A DNA stretch of 55,563 nucleotides, from the NCBI GenBank assembly GCA_048881705.1, contig JBHLSH010000014.1:1-55563 (forward strand), read 5' to 3'. This document shows, in pieces, positions 9,265-19,745 of the stretch. The notes beneath the pieces were generated by a model. The model was not told where the DNA came from and ran no database searches. It was given only the letters and a program-made list of their open reading frames with translations. The translations under genes were made by a program, and so were the position numbers. This DNA is from Candidatus Heimdallarchaeota archaeon (lineage in GTDB: Archaea; Asgardarchaeota; Heimdallarchaeia; Hodarchaeales; Hodarchaeaceae). Numbering within the stretch: the stretch's first letter is position 1; each line of letters opens with the position of its first letter.

Positions 9265-12162
9265 TCACCTAGACATTTCTTCCTTGAGGAATACATCGAT
9301 AGATTTAGCACCCTGAATGAGGGAATTACCGTTGACAAGAACTTCATCATATTCTTCACTAGCTAGCTCTTGTTCAACAAATTCTTTGTCTTGTTCAGGA
9401 TTGAAGGATTCGGGTATGTCTCTCCAGACTACAACTACTGATTTTTCTGTTTGTTCCCCTTTTACGAAAACATACCTAATCTCGCCATTTCTTTTTAGAT
9501 AAATTGAGTTCACATCTATTCCTGCGATATAGTTGAAGGTTTCTACGAGATCTACATTAACCTCACGAATTATACCGTTCCTTTCAATTTTCAACTTGTA
9601 CTCAAAGGGATTGGCTAAAAGATCCAGATTAAGAAAGACATTATTGTCTCTAGTTTCATAATCCAACATGTATCGCAATTTATAGTCCTTAGAATCCTTT
9701 ACCAAAGACCTTGGCTCTACAAACTCAATGTTGAATAACGAATCTTCGTATTGTTCCAATGAGTGATATTTGAGGATTTGGTTTGGAATTCCATTGCGAT
9801 CTTGAGGTTTGCCATCTAACCAGCCCTCAGAAAAAATCACCTTCTTTATTCGTGGGAGTAGAATAGCATCAAAGTATTGAGCCATTTCAACCAAAATAAA
9901 CTTTCTTGATCCATTATCTTTTCTGTTTAGACTGAGAACTGCATGTCCAGTTGTGCCTGAACCCGCAAAATAATCTAAGATGATTTCCTGCTTATTGGAA
10001 CGAGTTGATATATCGATGATCTTCTGGATAAAGAAGGGGGATTTCGGAAAATCAAACGGTAAAACGCCGAATTGATGTCTTAGTATCTCTGTACCTTTTT
10101 CTGTATTCATCTCTCTCTCATCCCAAACTGAAAACGGCTTTTTCAACTTAACTGTACCGTTACCTTTGTGTAAATAGTCCTTTCTTTGAACTATCCACTT
10201 CATATTCTTTGTTTTCTTAGCTCTTAGGAGTTCGAGGTTTCTATCTACCTTTTCTTTCCCCCAAGTCCAACAATCTTCAACTCCTTTGCTGTTAAAGGGT
10301 TCTACTTTAATCCAATCTTCTTTTTCAGTCAAAGAGACTTCACTTGTAACAGGATTGGCAAAAATAGGATAGAATAAGTTGGACCGATTTTTTGCGTTGA
10401 ATTTTGGATTTCTATTTCGTAATTCTAACCATCTATACTCCCCAACATCGTCAATTTCCTTATAGTGTGCTCTTATCCTTTCATCTGGTTCTTGACCATA
10501 GATTGAATCGGCGTCAATATTCTTGGCGCATACTAAGCAGTACTCGTGCACAGAAGAAATGAATTTCCGGAGGGATCTTCCTCTGGGATTTGAGACAATT
10601 GTCAATTGTTCGATAAAATTATCACGGCCAAAGACGTGATCAAGACACAACCGCAAATGATCTAATTCGTTATCATCAATGCTTACAAAAAAGATCCCAT
10701 CATTTCTTAGCAGCTCTCTTCCTAACCGTAGGCCATCGTACATCATCGTGAGCCAACTAGAATGACGATAATTATCCTTGTAAAGGAATTCGTCGTTACC
10801 AGTATTGTAGGGAGGATCAATGTAACAACACTTTATTCTCTCTTGGTATTTATTGAGAAGGAGACTCAGAGCGTGGTAGTTGTTAGATTTAATCAAGATA
10901 CCATTTGTTTTTTTTTCGAGATCCTCAATTTCACTCAGGATCCGATATTTAAATTCGATGTCAAAGAATTTTGTATCAAGAACTAATGTTGGAAATTCCT
11001 CTAGACAATCAATCCTGAGATTGTCACCGTTCGATCCACCTTTTCTAAATTTTTCCTCAATGTCAAAATTGAATAATATTCTCCATTCCTCGAGTTGATC
11101 TTTATTGGATAGTATTGCAGGATAAAATTTCTTATCAATATAATCGAGAGTAATACAGTAATCGGTAGAAATGACAAATTTCCTCTTTTCCCATAGTCTT
11201 TTCTGAAAATCCTCTATTTGAGCTAAGAATGTTATTAGTTTCTGGCAGATGGTTCTGAAGACGGGAATAATGTTCGTTATAAGAGATAATTCTGTGTCTA
11301 ATTCGTAATTAGCAATAGAAAGAATCTCGTTTTTTATGTAGAAGTCCAGTTCTTGATTTAAGAAACCTCTTAAATCCTTGTGAATGAAATAATCAGAAGT
11401 GTTTTTGGTTGTATATTTATTTAAATGCCAGGCCAGCTCAGAAAGCGCTGATTCCTCCCCATTTATCTTAACATGCTTCTTTACTAATTTGGAAAAAATT
11501 TTCGGTTTAATTCTGTCCAAAATAGCCTTAGCATTGAAAGCGTTGATGTATTCTCTTTTTATAGATTTCTTGTTTAATGCAGTCTTGATGGCTTCAATTT
11601 CCTTTTCTGTCAATCCTCGATATGCAAATTTCAATTCCAAGGTGTTTACGTGTTTATCAAATCTTAATCCCTTAAAAACATAATATCGCTTCTTCGAATT
11701 CCCAATACTAGTTCCTATTACCTCAACTTCATCATTAATCTGTTTAAATTCTACTGTTAGGCCATCAATCAAGAATCTGTAATTTTTAAAGTCCTCACTT
11801 GTTTTTACATAATATTGGTCACTGTTTACCCAATAAAGATAAACTTCTTCTCCGTTATAGGGTATTACATACTTCCTTGTTTTAGAATATCGTCGTTTAG
11901 ATATAAAATCGCCACGGTCGTAGTATCGTGAAAAGAAATTAATAATATGGTCATAAATCTGCCTTTCCACTGCCTCTTCTATCTTTAATTTCCTTAATTC
12001 CTTTTCAATTGTCTCAAATAATTCTTGGTCAATGAAACTGGAAATTTCCTTTTTCTTGATATTAAGGATACGATAGATCCCAAAATCCAAATCCATATTC
12101 TCAAATTGAAATATCTTTTTTAAAACAAGTTTTAATCTGCTCCCTAATTCTTTAGTTGTCAA
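9265..12162 (-). CDS. mod: Type III R-M adenine DNA methyltransferase Mod subunit
   Basis: Catalytic motif YIDPPYNTG precedes SAM-binding LDYFAGSGTTG (beta-class order). TTG start with GGAG upstream. Lies directly upstream of res. Confidence 0.92.
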   Translation of the reverse strand: MTTKELGSRLKLVLKKIFQFENMDLDFGIYRILNIKKKEISSFIDQELFETIEKELRKLKIEEAVERQIYDHIINFFSRYYDRGDFISKRRYSKTRKYVIPYNGEEVYLYWVNSDQYYVKTSEDFKNYRFLIDGLTVEFKQINDEVEVIGTSIGNSKKRYYVFKGLRFDKHVNTLELKFAYRGLTEKEIEAIKTALNKKSIKREYINAFNAKAILDRIKPKIFSKLVKKHVKINGEESALSELAWHLNKYTTKNTSDYFIHKDLRGFLNQELDFYIKNEILSIANYELDTELSLITNIIPVFRTICQKLITFLAQIEDFQKRLWEKRKFVISTDYCITLDYIDKKFYPAILSNKDQLEEWRILFNFDIEEKFRKGGSNGDNLRIDCLEEFPTLVLDTKFFDIEFKYRILSEIEDLEKKTNGILIKSNNYHALSLLLNKYQERIKCCYIDPPYNTGNDEFLYKDNYRHSSWLTMMYDGLRLGRELLRNDGIFFVSIDDNELDHLRLCLDHVFGRDNFIEQLTIVSNPRGRSLRKFISSVHEYCLVCAKNIDADSIYGQEPDERIRAHYKEIDDVGEYRWLELRNRNPKFNAKNRSNLFYPIFANPVTSEVSLTEKEDWIKVEPFNSKGVEDCWTWGKEKVDRNLELLRAKKTKNMKWIVQRKDYLHKGNGTVKLKKPFSVWDEREMNTEKGTEILRHQFGVLPFDFPKSPFFIQKIIDISTRSNKQEIILDYFAGSGTTGHAVLSLNRKDNGSRKFILVEMAQYFDAILLPRIKKVIFSEGWLDGKPQDRNGIPNQILKYHSLEQYEDSLFNIEFVEPRSLVKDSKDYKLRYMLDYETRDNNVFLNLDLLANPFEYKLKIERNGIIREVNVDLVETFNYIAGIDVNSIYLKRNGEIRYVFVKGEQTEKSVVVVWRDIPESFNPEQDKEFVEQELASEEYDEVLVNGNSLIQGAKSIDVFLKEEMSR

Positions 12163-12346
12163 ATTACGTTTTCTCCTCTTATTATCCCAGGTTCATGGAA
12201 AATCTTTCATCTAAACTGAGTTCACGAGTGTAGAAATCACTTCTTTGACTGTTTTTCCTGACATTGGGTTAAATTGCCGACTAAATGTAAATGTCAGCAC
12301 TCATATTGGCGGAAGTCAACTTGAATATTGAGAAACACGCCAATAT

Positions 12347-13846
12347 GTGAGAAGGATATATCAAAATCCTCCTAGAAGTTTCTACTTTGAGATTATTCTC
12401 TTAAAAATACCATTTTTAATACTAACTTTCCATTCGTCACTTCATTTTCCTCCGTCTCTCTCTGCTCACATCGTCCCAAGAGTTAAAGCCTTATTGACTA
12501 GGCTCTCTAATGTGGATAGAATCAGATCTTTAGACTTGGAACCCCCATTAAGTGAACATTCTTTACCCTTCCCTTCTTCCAACGGCCGGTTTCCAGTCAT
12601 TTCCCTTGTTGAAATTGGCCGAGTTCTAGGTGATGGGATCAATAGGACCTATGCTCTGATTTACGCGGTTTTTATTCAGACTTCTCCTTTCCTTATCTCA
12701 ATCATGATAAGTCTTCGAAATTTGCTTCAATTGGCTACTCAATCGATCTTCGGGAGGTGGTCGGACAAATCTGGGCGAAAAATATTCTTATTGGTGGGTT
12801 TGCTTGTTTCGGCCTTTATTAGTTTCATTTTTCCCGATATCACGGATCCTTTCGTATTTTTATTAGCAATGATTATCTATTCGACAGCATTCGGCATTTT
12901 TGCTCCCGCCTGGATTGCGTATTTGGGAGATATCTCAACCTCGGGAAATCGAGGATCATTTCTAGGGAGAATCTCCACTATAGGGGTTTTGTGTGCATTC
13001 GTCGCATTAATTGTCATGGGCTGGGGAGTTGGTTTGCTTAATGTGGATTATGCCGCCCAATATACCATTATTTTTCGTATTGCTTCAATTGCGTTTTTAC
13101 TTGCCGGGATTTCTTCCTTATTCTTGGGTAAATCTGCTGACGCAAATAGGAAAACGGGAATAGTTTCTTCGAAATCCAGTTATCGGGATCAAATCAAAAG
13201 CCTACTATCTCCATTAAAGGAAAACCCTGATTTTCGGAGATTTGTCACTATTTGCGCATTTATGGACTTTAGCATGTCTTTAGGCTGGCCCATCTTTGGA
13301 TTCATACGGGAACGATATGCATCGCCCTCTGAAAACTCATTGATGTGGGCAACCTTTATGGGATTTCAGATCGTCTCATTGATGATAGGTGGACCAGCTA
13401 TTGACCGATATGGAAAAAGAATTGGTTTTTGGGGCCGAAGGTTGATGTTCTTGATTCCTCTAGTCTTGTTTTTTGCAACAAACTGGTATGAAATGGCCTT
13501 AGCTAACCTAGCTGGAGGATTTGGGTTTGGGCTGTATTATATTGCCATGAATGCCTATATTATCGACTCTGCACCCAAAGAATCTAAAGGGCACTATATT
13601 GGAGTTTTTTCATTAATCATGGGATTATCTACATTTTTTGGCTCTCTATTAATGGGAATAACCACAGAACTTTTGGTAACTATTATTGGCAAATGGGAAA
13701 CAATATATGCCATGCTTATTGTCGTGATGATCTTCCGTTTTATCGGGGGACTGAACTTTTACTTTGTGACGTATCCAGACCTAAAAACCCCACCTAGCCC
13801 TTTATTCCGGGATGCTGTCAGCTCTCACGAAACTGATCTGGATTAA
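12347..13846 (+). CDS. MFS transporter; true start probably near 12512 (GTG) or 12536 (TTG)
   Basis: About 12 TM segments. Motif A is GRWSDKSGRK in the N-half and GPAIDRYGKR in the C-half. The first ~55-60 codons look non-coding. Confidence 0.88.
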   Translation: MRRIYQNPPRSFYFEIILLKIPFLILTFHSSLHFPPSLSAHIVPRVKALLTRLSNVDRIRSLDLEPPLSEHSLPFPSSNGRFPVISLVEIGRVLGDGINRTYALIYAVFIQTSPFLISIMISLRNLLQLATQSIFGRWSDKSGRKIFLLVGLLVSAFISFIFPDITDPFVFLLAMIIYSTAFGIFAPAWIAYLGDISTSGNRGSFLGRISTIGVLCAFVALIVMGWGVGLLNVDYAAQYTIIFRIASIAFLLAGISSLFLGKSADANRKTGIVSSKSSYRDQIKSLLSPLKENPDFRRFVTICAFMDFSMSLGWPIFGFIRERYASPSENSLMWATFMGFQIVSLMIGGPAIDRYGKRIGFWGRRLMFLIPLVLFFATNWYEMALANLAGGFGFGLYYIAMNAYIIDSAPKESKGHYIGVFSLIMGLSTFFGSLLMGITTELLVTIIGKWETIYAMLIVVMIFRFIGGLNFYFVTYPDLKTPPSPLFRDAVSSHETDLD

Positions 13847-13932
13847 TAATTGACGACGCCTGGAAGACATGATATATTCAGTTCCCTTCTTCCAAAACCT
13901 GAATGCGAATATCCAATATTCCACCGGGAATA

Positions 13933-14493
13933 CTAGGTAGTCAATCTAGTGACAAATCTCTGAGTAATCTCTTCAGGATGCCAAGGGATATTCTCTAAAT
14001 CTAATTTGGACTCTTTGATGACAAGGTGAAGAACACTAAACGGCCCTGCATTCAGGAATTGGTCTAAATCGTGTTTTATCTCTTCTTGAGATGCAGATTT
14101 GGAACATGTATATTCGATGTGCAATGATTCTAAGAATTTGGAATAATCAATGATTGAAGAAACGGTTCCCTGGCCGCCAGTCGTATAGTATTGTAGATTG
14201 TCCAAGATCAATATTTTCAGATTTTTTGGTTTGAAAAATGCAGCGGTAGTAGCTGATCCTAGTCCCATTAAGAAGTTGCCATCCCCCGTGATTACAATTA
14301 CTCTGTTTTGGGGACTTGCTAATGCTAAACCTAATCCAACTGCTACTGGGAGACCCATGGATCCCCTGAGATACACCTGTGGTTTGGGTAACAAATGGTA
14401 GGCCTCTCTACTGATGTTACCATTCGAACTGACGATTATATCCTTCTCATCCAAATAATTCTTCAGCTCTGAAATAACTTCAAACCCTTTCAT
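13933..14493 (-). CDS. comE: TPP-binding subunit of a sulfopyruvate/phosphonopyruvate decarboxylase (ComE-like)
   Basis: GSMGLPVAVGLGLA and the TPP motif TGDGNFLMGLG...LDNLQYYTTGGQ. ATG at 14493 overlaps the upstream stop (ATGA). Confidence 0.75.
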   Translation of the reverse strand: MKGFEVISELKNYLDEKDIIVSSNGNISREAYHLLPKPQVYLRGSMGLPVAVGLGLALASPQNRVIVITGDGNFLMGLGSATTAAFFKPKNLKILILDNLQYYTTGGQGTVSSIIDYSKFLESLHIEYTCSKSASQEEIKHDLDQFLNAGPFSVLHLVIKESKLDLENIPWHPEEITQRFVTRLTT

Positions 14494-14993
14494 AAGCACA
14501 GCACTCCCTTTTCGACGAGTAAGGCTACTGGAGACGAGGTTTCTTCCATTAGTCTTAGAGCATTTTCCATCTCCATCTCCCATCTGTCTTCCGATAAATT
14601 GGAATATGGAACTTTATATGCCTTTAAAACAGGTTCGTTCGCTTCTCCCATTAGAGAATGTTCAGGAAAATCTTTATCTAATTCTAATCCTCTGTAACTT
14701 ATTAAAATCATCATAGGAAGCTTGTATAATTGGGCAAGAGATGTCAAAGCATCTCCAATATTCCCTAATCCACTGTTCTGCATGTAAATCAAAGTTCTCT
14801 TTCCTGATAACGCAATCCCTGATGCTATACCTATTGCTTCGTCTTCCCTAGTTGCGTAGATATGTTGCAAGGATATTTCTCCTTCGTGAGAAGATAGATA
14901 GGCCAAAAATTCTTTGAAATAGGAACACGGCACGCCACAGATGTACTGAAATCTCGGTTCTAAAAATTCGGTGAATTTCCATAGATCAATCAC
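14490..14993 (-). CDS. comD: Sulfopyruvate/phosphonopyruvate decarboxylase alpha subunit (ComD-like)
   Basis: Motifs GVPCSY, REDEAIGIASG and MQNSGLGN. Translationally coupled to the beta subunit. Confidence 0.78.
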   Translation of the reverse strand: MIDLWKFTEFLEPRFQYICGVPCSYFKEFLAYLSSHEGEISLQHIYATREDEAIGIASGIALSGKRTLIYMQNSGLGNIGDALTSLAQLYKLPMMILISYRGLELDKDFPEHSLMGEANEPVLKAYKVPYSNLSEDRWEMEMENALRLMEETSSPVALLVEKGVLCL

Positions 14994-15029
14994 TATCTAT
15001 CGTCTCCTTAGAATTGGATGTTTGCGTTG

Positions 15030-15485
15030 TTATTTGCTCAATGCTGTATTATTGAACTTTTCCCGAAATTTAAACAGAATACCCGCGATAATGAAGTTTA
15101 CGGGGCCAGTCAATCCCAAAGCAATTAATGTTGGATTTAACTGCCCATCCTGAAAACCTGCTGTTAAATAAAAGGTAACTGGAATTGAAATAACAATCAA
15201 AATGTTGATAACTGCCCTCCATGGGTAATGTTCTACTTTCCACAAACCGTATGCGCCAAAAAAATAAAATAGTGTTATGAGCAGCATGATTGCCCCAAAA
15301 ACCAACCCAAAAATGCTTACCCCTGGGCTGGTCTCCAAATTAGTGATAGCAACAAGGTTAATGATAACAGTCAAGAACCCAAAAAAAACTCCATTTAATA
15401 TCAATAAAATTGCAATTACGAGAAATGGCTTTTCTAAGGATCCCGCCCTCGCAGTTATCTCATCTTCTATGATACTCGTTTCCAT
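15030..15485 (-). CDS. Hypothetical membrane protein (about 4 TM)
   Basis: Four hydrophobic segments. Co-oriented and 36 nt upstream of comD. Confidence 0.7.
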   Translation of the reverse strand: METSIIEDEITARAGSLEKPFLVIAILLILNGVFFGFLTVIINLVAITNLETSPGVSIFGLVFGAIMLLITLFYFFGAYGLWKVEHYPWRAVINILIVISIPVTFYLTAGFQDGQLNPTLIALGLTGPVNFIIAGILFKFREKFNNTALSK

Positions 15486-15783
15486 CTATTTCACCATTCT
15501 TATTTTTTAGGTTTCGTTGTTATGCTTCCCGCATTCAAGGAATGATGCCTGCTCTAATTTCCATGATGTCTAGAATAAACACCAGAAATCACTTTCCTTA
15601 ATCTGTTTTGAAGTATGAGCTATGTGCTGAAACCTTCCCAGTTCTGCCAATCCGAAAAGCACGATCCAAGGGATTTTGGAATTGTTGATGAAGATTATAG
15701 ATCTTGAAGTCCAGGGAACACGACAGATAGAGCAATATCAGCATCCACGAGATGTTTAACCACGGAACTGATCTTCAAACTAG

Positions 15784-17259
15784 TTATTCGTTCAACCCCG
15801 CGTATTTACAGGTTATTTCTACCGATTTAACAAGAGCCTGAATTGCTAGCGTTGCCTTTTCTTTCACAAAATCTCCTTCTTCATCAAGGGTTCCCAGACC
15901 TGGCGTTAGAAACATGTTTCCACTATAAATAGTTGCCCCAAGGCCCACGCCCATCTCATCGAGAGCCACCATTATTGGATTGGTGTTTGCAAACATGTCC
16001 TCCATGTTAAAGAGTGGAATCCCCCAGTGCTCCTCATCCCATGTCTGCTCATAATTTAATTCGGTGCCTCCCATGGTATAGCTCTTGGTTATGATCAACT
16101 TCTCACGAAATCTGCTGGGTTCCAAGGCCTTGAATTCACGCACAATGATCTTATGGTATTCATCGATTGGGCGCTTAATTTTCATTGGGTTGTCGCGAAG
16201 CATCTCTAAAACGGCAATCAAGCCCACAACAGTGTCACGACCAGGATCCATCATACTGTAGCGTGCCTTTCCATGCGATGAAACCTCCCCATATCGTTGT
16301 CCCCCTAATCCTAATCCTTTTCGAATAGAAACCATGATTTCCTCTTTACCAACAATTAGACCACTGGCAGGTGCACGAGCTGATTTATCCATACTCCACA
16401 TCATAATGTCCCCGTTCACATCTTGAGGACCCAATCCAATCACGGGCATCCCGCCACCCCCGTCCAACAGATATGGCAGATCGTATCTTTCTGCTATTTT
16501 TCCGATTCCCTTTTTTAGAATAGCTATTCCATTCTGATCTTTCTCTTCATATCCATAACCTGGAGTATCATATCCCAAAGTGGCAAATCCTGTTAAATAT
16601 AATTGATGCCGCTCTGCCACGCTAGCAATACGGTCTAAAGACTCTTTAGATTTGGTACGCGTTAACAGCGGTATGGGATTGTATTTTATCCCATGTGCTT
16701 CATACTTTGCCCCAACGAACTTCACAAGTACTGATTCTAGGTTAGGGAGACTCTTAGCTTCAACCGCCAGCTCGCCACCCGTTACGGATCTATCTACAAA
16801 AATATTCTTGTATTTCGGAGGGAACGGGCGTCCATAACCCGCGATATATTCCGAATCCTCTCCATAAGGGGTAATAAACCTACCTCTATACGTTATACCA
16901 GTTTTCAAGGTTGGAGGGGCCATTAAAAGATCAAAGGATATTCTTAAAGCAGCTTCACAAGTGTTTGTTGCCGCAGCGTCATACTCATCACCATAGATGT
17001 CCTTAATGACATTACGGAGGTCATCCTCTACTCTTCTCATCGGTATAACTTGTTTATTGGCTTTTATGATTTCTTCGAGCACATAGTTCGGTAGGGGTCC
17101 CGGTGATGAAGATGCACCAGGATATAGGCCAAAATGATCTTTGAATTTGTCTAAGCCAAGTTCTTCCGCAACATTCCGCGCTTCCTTTTTTATTCTGGAG
17201 AAATTGTTGTAGATTTTTTGATACCATTGGTATCGATATTTGGGGTAGTTTAATGACAT
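15784..17259 (-). CDS. Uncharacterised fold-type I PLP-dependent enzyme (SelA-like)
   Basis: WSMDKSARAPASGLIVGK resembles the SelA/DgaE PLP-lysine loop (FSGDKLLGGPQAGIIVG). LLDGGG sits at the PLP-binding Asp position. TNTCEAAL resembles the phosphate-binding loop. Confidence 0.65.
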   Translation of the reverse strand: MSLNYPKYRYQWYQKIYNNFSRIKKEARNVAEELGLDKFKDHFGLYPGASSSPGPLPNYVLEEIIKANKQVIPMRRVEDDLRNVIKDIYGDEYDAAATNTCEAALRISFDLLMAPPTLKTGITYRGRFITPYGEDSEYIAGYGRPFPPKYKNIFVDRSVTGGELAVEAKSLPNLESVLVKFVGAKYEAHGIKYNPIPLLTRTKSKESLDRIASVAERHQLYLTGFATLGYDTPGYGYEEKDQNGIAILKKGIGKIAERYDLPYLLDGGGGMPVIGLGPQDVNGDIMMWSMDKSARAPASGLIVGKEEIMVSIRKGLGLGGQRYGEVSSHGKARYSMMDPGRDTVVGLIAVLEMLRDNPMKIKRPIDEYHKIIVREFKALEPSRFREKLIITKSYTMGGTELNYEQTWDEEHWGIPLFNMEDMFANTNPIMVALDEMGVGLGATIYSGNMFLTPGLGTLDEEGDFVKEKATLAIQALVKSVEITCKYAGLNE

Positions 17260-17453
17260 AAAAGGACTCCTTAAGATGTTATCACTTTTCCTTGATCCTT
17301 TTGATATTAGAAAATCAGTTCTCAGGCTGCTTTTAAAGCCTAGAAGCCTGTTTGACTCAAGATAAAATGGCGTTAAAAGGCAGTAACCTTTTTCCCAAGG
17401 CCAAAGACTAATTTGTTTGTATGATGAGTCCTCTTCTTTGAGTTGAACAGAAC

Positions 17454-18269
17454 TTGAGAAAAATAGACATCCACAGAAAAGATCTTAAGCGCCTTCTCAC
17501 AGAATTCTTAGAGACCAAGGATGAGAAATCGTTAATTCGGTATTTTACAAAGAATAGTAACCTTCCTGGTCGGCGTGGAAATCTTGAAATGGCATCAGCA
17601 TTTGACAAGATTATTGAAGAAGATTTCACCAATCATTTAGATGATGTCTGGAATCTGAGTGTAAAACTCACTCAGCTATCTTCTCAAGAAGCTCCGACCA
17701 ATGACCCCAAAGAAATGATTCCATTTTGTGGTGCACGAGCTCTTGGATCTATTGGAGCGATTTCTGAGGATTATTTCAAAACATCTGTTATAATTTTGAG
17801 AGAATTAGCCAATGACTCGCGATGGCGAATGAGGGAGGCGGTTGCCGCCGCCTTAGGTAGAATTCTATTACAGAAAGGACAATTGCTGTTTCATGAGCTT
17901 GAACAGTGGATTATAAAGAATAATTGGCTTGAAATGAGAGCGGTTGCTACTGGAATCGCTCATCCAAGTGCGTTAACCAAGGAATTTCATCCACACTTAG
18001 CTTTGGATTTACATAAAACCATTTTCCAAAGGATTTGTGCGACCAAGGAACGTGACTCTGAACATTTCAAAGTTTTGAGAAAAGGGTTATCCTATTCACT
18101 AAGTGTGGTCGTCCAAGCGATCCCCGAAGAAGGCTTTGGTTACATAAGATATCTGATCGGGATCAATGATCCAGATATCAAGTTTATTGTTAGGGAAAAT
18201 CTGAAGAAAAACAGATTGAAGAAAAATTTCCCTAAAGAGGTAACCACACTTAATAAACTCTTGAAATAG
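17454..18269 (+). CDS. HEAT-repeat / DNA alkylation repair (AlkD-like) family protein
   Basis: Helical repeats including ANDSRWRMREAVAAAL and DPDIKFIVRENLKKNRL. Confidence 0.65.
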   Translation: MRKIDIHRKDLKRLLTEFLETKDEKSLIRYFTKNSNLPGRRGNLEMASAFDKIIEEDFTNHLDDVWNLSVKLTQLSSQEAPTNDPKEMIPFCGARALGSIGAISEDYFKTSVIILRELANDSRWRMREAVAAALGRILLQKGQLLFHELEQWIIKNNWLEMRAVATGIAHPSALTKEFHPHLALDLHKTIFQRICATKERDSEHFKVLRKGLSYSLSVVVQAIPEEGFGYIRYLIGINDPDIKFIVRENLKKNRLKKNFPKEVTTLNKLLK

Positions 18270-18299
18270 CCATCGTAAGCCTCGTTCTCTGGTCTGGGT

Positions 18300-19427
18300 T
18301 TATCGCTGAATGAATTTCATAAACCGGAACAGTGAATTTCTTTCTTGCGGTTCCTCCCACCTACCAGGGATATGTTCTCCGCATTTAGGACAAAAACCTT
18401 TTTTTGCGTCGTTCTCCACCTCCATTGAAAACTCGATCACTTCGAAACCTAGTCGCTTAACTAAAGTATGGCCACACGAGCATCGTGTATTGGAGAACTT
18501 GCCAACCCGGCCAGGCAAGTTACCTGCGTAAACATAGTTTAAACCTGCCTTTTCCCCAATTTCAGCTGCACGAATTAAAGTTTCAGCAGATGTATTACTC
18601 GGATCCGTCATCTTATAGTCTTTATGAAAGGCAGTCACATGCCAGGGAATATCCGTAGAAACATCAGCTATAAACTCCGCGATTTGTGTCAATTCTTCCT
18701 CAGAATCGTTAAATGTTGGCACAACCAACGTAACAATTTCTAACCACATTCCTCTCTCAAACACCCCTTTGATTCCTTTCAAAACTGCCTCCAAAGTTCC
18801 TCCTAATCTACGGTAGTTCTTATCGTCGAAAGTCTTCAAGTCAATTTTATAGAGATCTAGATAGGGTCGTAAATAATCTAATACTTCAGGAGTCGCGTTT
18901 CCATTTGAAACGTACGATGTAGCAAGCCCTTGTTGCCGTGCCACCTTGAAAATTGCTACGGCCCACTCTGATGTAATGAGCGGTTCATTATAGGTAGAAG
19001 TTATGACTCTTGCTTCAAGTTCTATTGCCCTATCTACAAATTCTTCCGGAGTCACGTCTTTAACATATGACCCAGCTCTTGCCCGCGGATCTTTTAATGC
19101 CTGAGAAGTTAACCAGTTTTGACAATATCCACAATGATAATCACACCCCAGCATTCCAAACGACATGGCATTAGAACTCGGAAATGCGTGGTAAAACGGT
19201 TTTTTTTCAATCGGATCACACTGCCACGCCCCTACATATCCATATGGAACTTTAAGGCTGCCTTCTTCATTGAACCTGATTTTACAGATACCTGAACGAC
19301 CATTTTTTATCTTACAATAATGGGCACAGGCATAGCATTGAATAAATTCAGGTTGGGTGGGAAGTGAACGATAAAGTTCCCCTGTGGTAGTTTTTGAATT
19401 TAATAAATCAACTAGGACTTCGGTCAT
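18300..19427 (-). CDS. amrS: AmmeMemoRadiSam system radical SAM enzyme
   Basis: N-terminal CYACAHYC, PIEKKPFYH, radical SAM motif CDYHCGYCQNW, TYNEP, WHVTAFH and a C-terminal Zn ribbon. Confidence 0.88.
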   Translation of the reverse strand: MTEVLVDLLNSKTTTGELYRSLPTQPEFIQCYACAHYCKIKNGRSGICKIRFNEEGSLKVPYGYVGAWQCDPIEKKPFYHAFPSSNAMSFGMLGCDYHCGYCQNWLTSQALKDPRARAGSYVKDVTPEEFVDRAIELEARVITSTYNEPLITSEWAVAIFKVARQQGLATSYVSNGNATPEVLDYLRPYLDLYKIDLKTFDDKNYRRLGGTLEAVLKGIKGVFERGMWLEIVTLVVPTFNDSEEELTQIAEFIADVSTDIPWHVTAFHKDYKMTDPSNTSAETLIRAAEIGEKAGLNYVYAGNLPGRVGKFSNTRCSCGHTLVKRLGFEVIEFSMEVENDAKKGFCPKCGEHIPGRWEEPQERNSLFRFMKFIQR

Positions 19428-19745
19428 ACTATGAGACCCTGTAATTTCAGTCTTTTTATGTATGTAGATGCCATTTTCACAGTTTGCGAATGATGAGTAA
19501 AGACATATCAGAGTTTTTTCTATCAGAAAGAATTACGGATGTGAAAAAAATACACATTCTCCCGTATAATCTTGATCAAGGACAGTTAGGTGTATCGAAG
19601 GCTATTTATTCCTGAATCACTGGAAAATTTAATTGAGACTCATAGAATAAAAGAGAGAAACCGTCTAGGTATCAAATTGTCCTCCCAAAATAACTTTAAT
19701 GGGTTTTCTGAGAAGGGCCAATCGAACAGCCGTGCTAATGAATTC

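Noticed and set aside
9258-9359. N-terminal extension of Res given by the ORF track
   Set aside because: It overlaps the mod 3' end; a better RBS and ATG lie at 9257.
10908-10916. T9 tract (A9 on the coding strand) in mod as a phase-variation repeat
   Set aside because: Short homopolymers are frequent in this AT-rich gene, and the frame is intact.
14494-14583. N-terminal extension of the ComE-like ORF
   Set aside because: It overlaps comD; the ATGA coupling at 14490-14493 marks the real start.
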